Positions 19,748-26,710 of a DNA stretch of 64,000 nucleotides are shown here, in pieces. The stretch's first letter is position 1. Every line of letters begins with the position of its first letter. Origin of the DNA: a virus (Duplodnaviria > Caudoviricetes). The notes beneath the pieces were generated by a model, which had not been told where the DNA came from, did no database searches, and saw only the letters and a list, made by a program, of their open reading frames with translations. Made by a program: the position numbers and the translations under genes. The stretch lies in IMG/VR virus record IMGVR_UViG_3300042397_003635; one strand, 5' to 3'.

Positions 19748-19777
19748 AAAAGCCTCATTAAGCGGCTTTTTCTTTTT
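19748..19777. terminator. Bidirectional intrinsic terminator
   Basis: AAAAGCC-N9-GGCTTTT between the convergent + gene and tRNA-fMet. Confidence 0.65.
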
Positions 19778-19852
<75 letters not shown>

Positions 19853-19894
19853 CTATAATATTTTCAAGATGTGATTGTTGGAAAGTAAAAAAGA

Positions 19895-20750
19895 AAAACG
19901 CTGAGATTATACGTTTTAACGTTAGATCTTTACATAGGATTATTGTTTCCCTACTTATCCAGAGACTTTTGATCTCTACTCTAACAGTGCCGGTTTTTTA
20001 GGTGTACCACTCCTTGAGCTGCGGGTTTGAACTACTCTCCTCATATTATATCTACCAGAACCTGCCGATCCCGTTAACCCTTGCGAGGCTATAGATTTTT
20101 CTGAGAACTCGTATTGGACTTGCGATCCTTTACGGCAACTGACAACCAGTTACTAGGTAGGCACCTTTCGTTCGCAGCTGACGAGCGCTTAAGCTTTGTT
20201 TTAAAATGGATTTTAGTTATTCACCAAAAGAACTTTTTATTTCCAAAGTTTATTGACTCTGTGGATTGTGAAAGTAGTGGCTCGTCACTAGGCCAGCCCC
20301 GATTTTGTCAGGGTCGATACTTAACTACTCTCTGAGATATCCCTACCTCAATTTTTCCGGATTCCTCTTAACTGCAGTCTTGGTAGACTGATGATAAGGT
20401 TAATAACAGCACCACCTGTACATCAACTTGTCTTTCGACTTTAAGGCTCCCATTAAATTGGAGTTCGCAATCATGGAGTCGGATGATTCCACTCCTTGCA
20501 AATATCCTACGAGTTAATCTTATTGAGGTTCCCCTCTCAACTAAACGACCCACATCGCCTAGTCAGCATTCCAGTTCTCCTACAGTGTTACCCTCAGATA
20601 CTTAGGACTTCTGATATCCCGCTTGCCTACTCGAGTTCCTTGCGAAACCGCAGAGCTGATAAGTCATATAGCTCCACTTTATACCTGTTTCCAGGTTTAT
20701 TTGACGATCATAGGCGACCGTTTTGCAACCTAGCAAGCTAGGCTACATAT
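19895..20750 (-). ncRNA. Giant structured ncRNA, GOLLD-like (~850 nt)
   Basis: No credible ORF; elevated GC; many minus-strand hairpins with GNRA loops (e.g. ACCTG-GAAA-CAGGT 20683-20696); four GAGUAG motifs; boxA-like leader; size and tRNA-adjacent phage context match GOLLD; family not confirmed by covariance model. Confidence 0.7.
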
Positions 20751-21038
20751 ATCAATAAGATTCAAAGAACTTGTTTGTGTTACTTATTTATTATACCTAC
20801 TTTATTTGATTTTGGTTTAAATAAGTAAAAAAAAATTAAGGGTTTGAAAAGAGATCCGAAAAAATTTTCGCTAAAAGAGTGTTAAATGTTGATAGGTGCC
20901 ATTTTTGAATTTCTTAAATCTTGAATTTTAAATTCAGAGTCCCTGTCTTAACATCAATTGGATTGCTAGAATAAGTATGTAAATGACGTGCAGTCATATG
21001 CTACCGATTCCTCTTCACTCTTTTCTCTCCCCTATATT

Positions 21039-21467
21039 TTAAATTTTGGTTTTTGCATTGTGAGCTTCTAGCTCCTCTTGCAACATCTCGATTTGAGACT
21101 CCAATTTTTCAATCAATTGATCTTTTTCAACGATTGAGATTTGTGAAGTGTACTTCACTGGAGAATCCATTCGATATGATTGGTGCATTCCTTCTTTGCA
21201 GTCTAAACCTTTCAATTTAGAAACCAAAGATTTTAGTTCAGCTAATCTAAAGATTTTATCATAAACCTTTGCATTAGCTTTGTGAATAGCTGTTTTTAAT
21301 GCAACTAATTCATCAACCGATGTCATTGCTTTTTCCAACGCTTCCTTTGCATCATAAGGACGTGTAGTTCCTTCTTGAATAGAGTTGTACGCTGAAACAT
21401 GCGAAATGTACTCATTAGTTTTTGAAACTAATTTGTTTTTCTGTTTAAGTGCTTTTGTGATATTCAT
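21039..21467 (-). CDS. DIP1984-like all-helical protein
   Basis: MNITKALKQKNKL...LKTAIHKAN...RLAELK...L...NAKT pattern. Confidence 0.6.
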   Translation of the reverse strand: MNITKALKQKNKLVSKTNEYISHVSAYNSIQEGTTRPYDAKEALEKAMTSVDELVALKTAIHKANAKVYDKIFRLAELKSLVSKLKGLDCKEGMHQSYRMDSPVKYTSQISIVEKDQLIEKLESQIEMLQEELEAHNAKTKI

Positions 21468-21522
21468 GTTTTATTGTATTACTTAGTTAATAATAGTTTT
21501 TAATATACCTAAAAAATTTTTG

Positions 21523-21594
21523 AGCGGATGGAGAGAATCGAACTCTCATCTCCAGTTTGGAAGACTGGAGTAATGGCCATTATACGACATCCGC
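21523..21594 (-). tRNA. trnG: tRNA-Gly(TCC)
   Basis: Loop CTTCCAA, U73. Confidence 0.95.
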
Positions 21595-21709
21595 AAATTG
21601 CTGTCTTTCCAAGCTGTCAACCAGTGCACGTTCCAAACCCTTGTTTGGATGACTGCTTCTATTACTAGAATGCTTTATTTGCAAGTCGTCGTTGTGTTGG
21701 ATTTCTGCG

Positions 21710-21815
21710 TAGTCATAATTGGATTCGAACCAATTACAGGCTTTACCATAAAGAGTGCCATTAGCAGTTAATCTCAACCTTGGGGAGGTGCCCTTCAACC
21801 AATGAATTTATGACT
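21710..21815 (-). ncRNA. tRNA-like RNA (106 nt) with the anticodon arm replaced by an extended hairpin
   Basis: Perfect acceptor AGTCATA/TATGACT plus A73, T-arm ATTGG-TTCGAAT-CCAAT, D-like arm TTCA-TTGGT-TGAA; about 55 nt central region with no 7-nt anticodon loop. Confidence 0.6.
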
Positions 21816-21820
21816 ATTTG

Positions 21821-21894
21821 CGGTCCGTACGGGACTCGAACCCGTGATCTCCTACGTGACAGGCAGGCGTCCACTCCAACTGGACCGACAGACC
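21821..21894 (-). tRNA. trnD: tRNA-Asp(GTC)
   Basis: Loop CTGTCAC, G73. Confidence 0.95.
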
Positions 21895-21997
21895 ATTTAG
21901 ATATTTCAGAAGAGGTTACTAAACTTCAGCTCTTCAAAGCTTCTCAGCTTACAGCGTTCCGTCAATTGTTTACGCTGCTAACTTATTCGGTAAAGCG

Positions 21998-22069
21998 TAG
22001 CCCGTACGAGAATCGAACTCGTCTCTCACCCGTGAAAGGGGCGTGTCCTAACCGATAGACTAACGGGCC
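21998..22069 (-). tRNA. trnE: tRNA-Glu(TTC)
   Basis: Loop CTTTCAC. Confidence 0.95.
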
Positions 22070-22074
22070 AAGGA

Positions 22075-22260
22075 CAAATCTTGCATGCTCACCATGCTTG
22101 TGGATTTGATTGAACATAGTTTACTGTTCACCTGTTTTGAGTGCACCAAAGAGCAGGGTCCATCACATAATACCTTGGGTCATGTATACTTCATTGGGTA
22201 GCTACTCCCACGAAGCCAAGGTCTCTTTCAACGGTGCTAATCCGTCTTATGTAAGATTTG
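22075..22260 (-). ncRNA. Candidate structured RNA (~186 nt) between tRNA-Ala and tRNA-Glu
   Basis: Ends pair (CAAATCTT/AAGATTTG); internal ACCTTGG/CCAAGGT, TGGG-AGTAGCTA-CCCA, TGAACA/TGTTCA and GCATG/CATGC helices. Confidence 0.55.
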
Positions 22261-22263
22261 TAG

Positions 22264-22337
22264 TGGAGATGACAGGAATCGAACCTGCGACCCTCTGCGT
22301 GCAAGGCAGATGCTCTAGCCAACTGAGCTACATCCCC
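22264..22337 (-). tRNA. trnA: tRNA-Ala(TGC)
   Basis: G3-U70, loop CTTGCAC. Confidence 0.95.
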
Positions 22338-22382
22338 GTTTACTGTAATTATTATACTATAAACAAGCTAATAATTGCATTG

Positions 22383-22455
22383 AGCCTCCTGTCGGAATCG
22401 AACCAACGACCTACTGATTACAAATCAGTTGCTCTACCAGCTGAGCTAAGGAGGC
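22383..22455 (-). tRNA. trnT: tRNA-Thr(TGT)
   Basis: Loop TTTGTAA. Confidence 0.95.
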
Positions 22456-22574
22456 AAATAGATGAAGTATGACGTCTACTTAATTTACAGCAACCTTCTG
22501 ATAAATTAAGGGTTCTCTTCATCATTGTGGACATAGACTCATCGTCTACTCTTGGGCTTCCACTAGCCCCTTTG

Positions 22575-22645
22575 TTGTCCCGCAAGGATTCGAACCTCGA
22601 TTATCTGGACCAAAACCAGATGTGCTGCCGTTACACCACAGGACA
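22575..22645 (-). tRNA. trnQ: tRNA-Gln(TTG)
   Basis: U1-A72, loop TTTTGGT. Confidence 0.95.
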
Positions 22646-22648
22646 GTA

Positions 22649-22671
22649 TACTTTCCAATACGTCAAAGACC
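22649..22671 (-). promoter_or_regulatory. boxA-like antitermination/leader element
   Basis: GGTCTTTGACGTATTGGAAAGTA, near copy of 25085-25108. Confidence 0.5.
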
Positions 22672-22677
22672 AATTTG

Positions 22678-22759
22678 TGCCTGCAGATGGACTCGAACCA
22701 CCGAACCCGTAAGGGAGCTGATTTACAGTCAGCCGCAATTGCCGCTATGCGATACAGGC
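22678..22759 (-). tRNA. trnY: tRNA-Tyr(GTA)
   Basis: Loop CTGTAAA, long variable arm. Confidence 0.95.
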
Positions 22760-22765
22760 ATTATT

Positions 22766-23437
22766 CTATTTTCTAGGCTTTTTAGAAATTACCTCATCGA
22801 TAATTCCATATGCCTTTGCTTCTTCAGCACTAAGCCAAAAGTCTCTAGTTGCATCTGCTTTAACTTGTTCTGGATCTTTATCACAATATCCACCAAGTAA
22901 AACAAATAGCTCGTCATTTACTTTTTGCCACTCTTTCCAATCAATTTCAGCATCTTGGATATTTCCACTGAAACCTCCTGAAGATTGATGCAACATTGTA
23001 GTTGAGTGTTTTAGTGAGCTCCGCTTTCCTTTTGTGCCAGCTCCTAACAACACTGATCCCATTGATGCAGCCATTCCAGTATTAACTGTTCTGATATCAC
23101 AGTTAATATAATCCATTACATCAACCATTGATAAGCCGCTCTTAACACTTCCACCTGGACTATCAATATGCATAGTAATATCTAATCCATCAACTGAATC
23201 CAAAAACATTAGCTGAGCTTGCACAATAGTCGACATATGATCGTTGACTGGACCTGCTACCCAAATTAGTCTTTCCATCATTAATCTGGAAAAAATATCC
23301 ATTTGAGTTGCACGTAATTCGCGCTCTTCTAAAATATAAGGAGTCATTGACGACTCAATCTGCTTTTGATGGTAGTGCATATTCAATGAAGAAATGCCAT
23401 GCTTACTCATCGCGTATTTTTCAAATTCGTTTCTCAT
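22766..23437 (-). CDS. clpP: ATP-dependent Clp protease proteolytic subunit
   Basis: DIFSRL..ERLIW, IDSPGGSV, AASMGS (Ser), TMLHQ (His), RDFWLSAEEAKAYGIID. Confidence 0.95.
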   Translation of the reverse strand: MRNEFEKYAMSKHGISSLNMHYHQKQIESSMTPYILEERELRATQMDIFSRLMMERLIWVAGPVNDHMSTIVQAQLMFLDSVDGLDITMHIDSPGGSVKSGLSMVDVMDYINCDIRTVNTGMAASMGSVLLGAGTKGKRSSLKHSTTMLHQSSGGFSGNIQDAEIDWKEWQKVNDELFVLLGGYCDKDPEQVKADATRDFWLSAEEAKAYGIIDEVISKKPRK

Positions 23438-23468
23438 ACAATTATTATACTAATTTAGTTATACTATG

Positions 23469-23543
23469 TGCTTTCTACAGGGTTCGAACCTGTGACCTCC
23501 TCGGTGTAAACGAGGCGCTCTGAACCAGCTGAGCTAAGAAAGC
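23469..23543 (-). tRNA. trnV: tRNA-Val(TAC)
   Basis: Loop TTTACAC. Confidence 0.95.
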
Positions 23544-23632
23544 ATATATACGTCTTTCCGTATTGTCATCAATTTTGATGGGCTCATCTGACAGTCTTTA
23601 AACTAACCAGCACTTGAGATTGAAACTCCTTG

Positions 23633-23706
23633 TGATCCCGAATGGACTCGAACCATTGACTCCCTCATTAAAAGTGAGGTGCTCTAACCAACTGAGCTAC
23701 GAGATC
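23633..23706 (-). tRNA. trnK: tRNA-Lys(TTT)
   Basis: Loop CTTTTAA. Confidence 0.95.
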
Positions 23707-23711
23707 ATTTG

Positions 23712-23786
23712 TTGCGGGACTGGGACTCGAACCCAGAACTTCAGCTTATGAGACTGACGAGATAGCCACTTTCTACGCATCCCGCA
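23712..23786 (-). tRNA. trnM: tRNA-Met(CAT), probable elongator
   Basis: Loop CTCATAA; U1-A72 paired; lacks initiator GGG/CCC; slightly irregular D arm. Confidence 0.8.
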
Positions 23787-23790
23787 ATAT

Positions 23791-23865
23791 TGGCGTCCCA
23801 GGAAGGATTCGAACCTACGACCTAGCGGTTAACAGCCGCTTGCTCTACCACTGAGCTACTGAGAC
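23791..23865 (-). tRNA. trnN: tRNA-Asn(GTT), CCA encoded
   Basis: Loop CTGTTAA, G73. Confidence 0.95.
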
Positions 23866-23868
23866 TTT

Positions 23869-23942
23869 TGGCACGCCTGAAAGGATTCGAACCTCTAACA
23901 GCGGTTTTGGAGACCGACATGATACCATTTCACCACAGACGT
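23869..23942 (-). tRNA. trnW: tRNA-Trp(CCA), CCA encoded
   Basis: Loop CTCCAAA, G73. Confidence 0.95.
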
Positions 23943-23950
23943 GTATGTTG

Positions 23951-24020
23951 AGTACAAGGTTGGAATCGAACCAACACCAATAGTTTTGCAGACCATCCGA
24001 CCACCACGATCATCCTGTAC
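23951..24020 (-). tRNA. trnC: tRNA-Cys(GCA)
   Basis: Loop CTGCAAA, U73; A rather than U at position 8. Confidence 0.85.
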
Positions 24021-24027
24021 TTATATG

Positions 24028-24099
24028 TAGTCAATAAAGGACTCGAACCCTTACCTCTTGATCCGTAGTCAAGTGTTCTATCCATTGAACTAATCGACT
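24028..24099 (-). tRNA. trnR: tRNA-Arg(ACG)
   Basis: Loop CTACGGA. Confidence 0.95.
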
Positions 24100-24196
24100 A
24101 AAACTATGTGTCTCTCCACATCTGTCATACTTCCCTTGTATTCTGTTCTGGCGAATAGCCGTTCCTAACGGTAAAGCAGTATCAAAAACCAGTATG

Positions 24197-24270
24197 TCGA
24201 ACTGGATGGACTCGAACCATCGACCACTCGCGTATCAGGCGAGTGCTCTAACCAACTGAGCTACAGTTCG
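24197..24270 (-). tRNA. trnI: tRNA-Ile(GAT)
   Basis: Loop CTGATAC. Confidence 0.95.
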
Positions 24271-24317
24271 ATTGAATTAGAGCAAATATAAAACAAATAT
24301 TTGACACTAAAAAATTT

Positions 24318-24746
24318 TTAATCAACTTTTTTCCAATCTTTTTCTTCTCCTAATCTGATAGGAACAAAGAGGGCGAATCCATTATCATCTTCAAAATGAT
24401 TGCAGGTATCAATATAAGTGTTACCGAACTTATATCTCCAATATTCAAATTCCTGCTTCTCAGCATTCCATTTAGCTGTTGTGGCATTACGAGTGTCGCC
24501 AATATAAACTTGACCATGGATCAGGTCGAGTTTTGGAATCGCTCCTCTTTGTATAAGTTTTGGAACATAAAAGTTTTTATATTCTTCGGGCTCTGCTCTA
24601 GGAATAGTTGGAACTTCATGTGGCTCCTTAAATGGAGTAGTTTCAGTTTCCCAATATTCCCTAATACGCTTAGCCCTTTCTGCTCTTTCATGCTCAAGTT
24701 GCTTTTGTATCTTGAGTTTCATAAACTCTTTGTCTATATTTTCCAT
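24318..24746 (-). CDS. Hypothetical protein embedded in tRNA cluster
   Basis: 142-aa ORF with phage-like codon use. Confidence 0.7.
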   Translation of the reverse strand: MENIDKEFMKLKIQKQLEHERAERAKRIREYWETETTPFKEPHEVPTIPRAEPEEYKNFYVPKLIQRGAIPKLDLIHGQVYIGDTRNATTAKWNAEKQEFEYWRYKFGNTYIDTCNHFEDDNGFALFVPIRLGEEKDWKKVD

Positions 24747-24769
24747 AATAACAATTTACTAATTTTAAG

Positions 24770-24854
24770 CGGAAGCTGAAGGATTCGAACCTTCGGGACC
24801 GTTAAGTCCACAGCTTTAGCAAAGCTGCACAATAGACCACTCTGACAAACTTCC
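24770..24854 (-). tRNA. trnS: tRNA-Ser(GCT)
   Basis: Loop TTGCTAA, long variable arm, G73. Confidence 0.95.
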
Positions 24855-24855
24855 T

Positions 24856-24932
24856 TGGGGTAATTAATGGGATTCGAACCCATACTAGCAGAACCACAAT
24901 CTGACGTGCTAACCATTAACACTATAACTACC
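24856..24932 (-). tRNA. trnH: tRNA-His(GTG), G-1 and CCA encoded
   Basis: G-1:C73, loop TTGTGGT. Confidence 0.95.
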
Positions 24933-25008
24933 ATAAAACCCCACTTCACCAGCTTAACGGACTGGCTGCCATATGGGAGTGGGGGTACCCCGTTAATTCG
25001 GGACTCCG

Positions 25009-25081
25009 TGGACAGGGGCGGGATCGAACCGCCGACACCAGGATTTTCAGTCCTGTGCTCTACCTACTGAGCTACCTGTCC
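25009..25081 (-). tRNA. trnF: tRNA-Phe(GAA)
   Basis: Loop CTGAAAA. Confidence 0.95.
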
Positions 25082-25084
25082 AAA

Positions 25085-25108
25085 TACTTTCCAACATGTC
25101 AAAGAACC
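25085..25108 (-). promoter_or_regulatory. boxA-like element at the head of the tRNA cluster
   Basis: GGTTCTTTGACATGTTGGAAAGTA, resembling rRNA-operon boxA (B. subtilis GTTCTTTGAAAA). Confidence 0.55.
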
Positions 25109-25120
25109 TATTCTATAAAA

Positions 25121-25150
25121 ATAAAAAACCCGAACTTTTTGGGTTCGGGC
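25121..25150 (-). terminator. Intrinsic (attenuator) terminator upstream of the tRNA cluster
   Basis: GCCCGAAC-CCAAAAA-GTTCGGGT-TTTTTAT. Confidence 0.85.
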
Positions 25151-25186
25151 TCAGTGTTTCTATAGCTACTAACTTTATAATACCTA

Positions 25187-25285
25187 TCAACTCCTGAACC
25201 CTGTTGCACGATCATTGCCTGTCCACTTCGCATACGCTACTTGGCTAAAGCAATTCTCGGTAATATGGTTCATTTGTGTTTGCAT
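25187..25285 (-). CDS. Leader peptide (32 aa) of a putative transcription attenuator
   Basis: MQTQMNHITENCFSQVAYAKWTGNDRATGFRS*; codons 29-31 (GGGTTCAGG) complement the 5' arm of the terminator (CCCGAACCC); TATAAATA 22 nt upstream. Confidence 0.75.
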   Translation of the reverse strand: MQTQMNHITENCFSQVAYAKWTGNDRATGFRS

Positions 25286-25306
25286 CACTTTTGTTATTTG
25301 TATAGT

Positions 25307-25314
25307 TATTTATA
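25307..25314 (-). promoter_or_regulatory. T4-late-like promoter TATAAATA driving the leader/tRNA unit
   Basis: Exact T4 gp55 late consensus; same (G/T)ATAAATA motif recurs upstream of about 10 genes in the window. Confidence 0.55.
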
Positions 25315-25460
25315 TTAGCTAATATACAAAAAGTTTTTGACAATTAGCACTTTTATTTAAAAAATTTAAAAATTAACCTTCAGGGGCTTCACCTGCCTTC
25401 TAGTATACTTAGAACCTCCAATCTAATGGTCAGTTCAGAGCTTTTGACTTTGGTTAATTT

Positions 25461-25913
25461 TTATGCTGTGTGTTCAATCATTACCCTTACACAAGTTTGA
25501 GGTTGGGCTTCGTTCATTAAGAAGTTATTAATATACCCCATAATATTGGCACTTCCAATTGGATTTGCTGAGTGAGTATAGACCAGTGGAAATGGAAAAG
25601 GCTTTCCGCGTTTTACATCTCTCGCCAAGTCGATCCACTTTGGATTCTCATTATAAAACTGGTCAACTAACCATTTAGCACAGTCATATCCAGTTTTCTC
25701 ATTAATGTGAGTATAATCTAAAATATAATTAGGGCTTACATTATTGAAGTACTCACTCATGGCAGAATCCCCTAAGTCATGGTCAAGAGAAATTACTTCA
25801 ATATTTGCTAAACCTGTTTCCTTAACTAGGCTTACAAATTCTTCATAATTTCTAACTACAACCCAGTCAGTTCCAACTGGAGTTCGGACATCGTCTAAAT
25901 AAATTCTAATCAT
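25461..25913 (-). CDS. Cyclic-phosphate-processing receiver domain protein (RNA repair associated)
   Basis: IYLDDVRTP, ISLDHDLG, TGYDCAKWL, HSANPIG..NI. Confidence 0.8.
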   Translation of the reverse strand: MIRIYLDDVRTPVGTDWVVVRNYEEFVSLVKETGLANIEVISLDHDLGDSAMSEYFNNVSPNYILDYTHINEKTGYDCAKWLVDQFYNENPKWIDLARDVKRGKPFPFPLVYTHSANPIGSANIMGYINNFLMNEAQPQTCVRVMIEHTA

Positions 25914-26191
25914 ATCTTTTTATTTTCTCTTAATTGCTGACGCAATTCATCAATTTCTTTTATACTAAACCAAGTTCGACTTTCCCAAATATCAATTAAC
26001 AATTTAGCCAATTCATTTTCGGTATAGGTTGAACTAGCGAATAAATTATTTGGCGAGACCGGGCCATTTGCTTGAGCATAGCCATCTTCAATTGCAAAGT
26101 CGGCTAACTCTTCTTTTTCTCTGTTTGAACATTCGCTCCAATACTCTGATGGATCGATATCTAATTCGGCTTCTGTGTAAAATTCTGGCAT
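25910..26191 (-). CDS. Hypothetical protein
   Basis: Overlapping stop/start chain. Confidence 0.6.
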   Translation of the reverse strand: MPEFYTEAELDIDPSEYWSECSNREKEELADFAIEDGYAQANGPVSPNNLFASSTYTENELAKLLIDIWESRTWFSIKEIDELRQQLRENKKI

Positions 26192-26192
26192 T

Positions 26193-26420
26193 TTATTTTC
26201 TATTTAAGATTTCAACTTTAAGTAGGTCATCTGAGTCTTTGGAAACTTTAAATGTTACTTCCCTAGCACCCTTTGCCCAAAATAGCAATTCTAACATTTC
26301 AGATATTTCGTCTGGATATTGTTCACGTAAAACTGCACCAGCTCGGAATGGATCATTTTCGATCTTGTCTTTAAACTCGTCCATTGTTTCTTTAAATAAC
26401 TTTAGGTTTAACTTTGCCAT
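26193..26420 (-). CDS. Hypothetical protein
   Basis: Tightly packed ORF. Confidence 0.6.
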   Translation of the reverse strand: MAKLNLKLFKETMDEFKDKIENDPFRAGAVLREQYPDEISEMLELLFWAKGAREVTFKVSKDSDDLLKVEILNRK

Positions 26421-26437
26421 TTGATATTAATATACCC

Positions 26438-26665
26438 TTAGTGAGGCCATTTTTGCTGAGGACATGCGCTTGGACCCTTAGGTGAAAATATTTTCTTACT
26501 TAGTGGACAGCCGCATGCTCCGCAATAGTGAATATTTAATTGATTAACCTTTGCTTCAGGACAGGCTTGACAAATTGCAAGTCTTTCGTCAGCAGTTTCT
26601 TTTTGTTCTGGAGTTGGATTAAACGACCTAAACCAGGCAATTGACACTTCCTTTAAATCTATCAT
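26438..26665 (-). CDS. Small Cys-rich (Zn/Fe-S binding) protein
   Basis: CQAC...CGACGCPL..K...CP..KW. Confidence 0.65.
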   Translation of the reverse strand: MIDLKEVSIAWFRSFNPTPEQKETADERLAICQACPEAKVNQLNIHYCGACGCPLSKKIFSPKGPSACPQQKWPH

Positions 26666-26710
26666 GACGATTGATTATTTTAGCTATTATACTATGAAAT
26701 AGAAATTGGA

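Noticed and set aside
20114-20741. Short ORFs inside the giant non-coding region
   Set aside because: Atypical codon use, no motifs, both strands; the RNA structure signal is far stronger.
21710-21815. Intron-containing tRNA
   Set aside because: The extra ~35 nt is far too short for a group I intron, there is no bulge-helix-bulge, and no canonical anticodon loop is restored by a simple excision.
22530-22552. Hammerhead-like GATGAG
   Set aside because: Lacks the CUGANGA core and GAAA strand.
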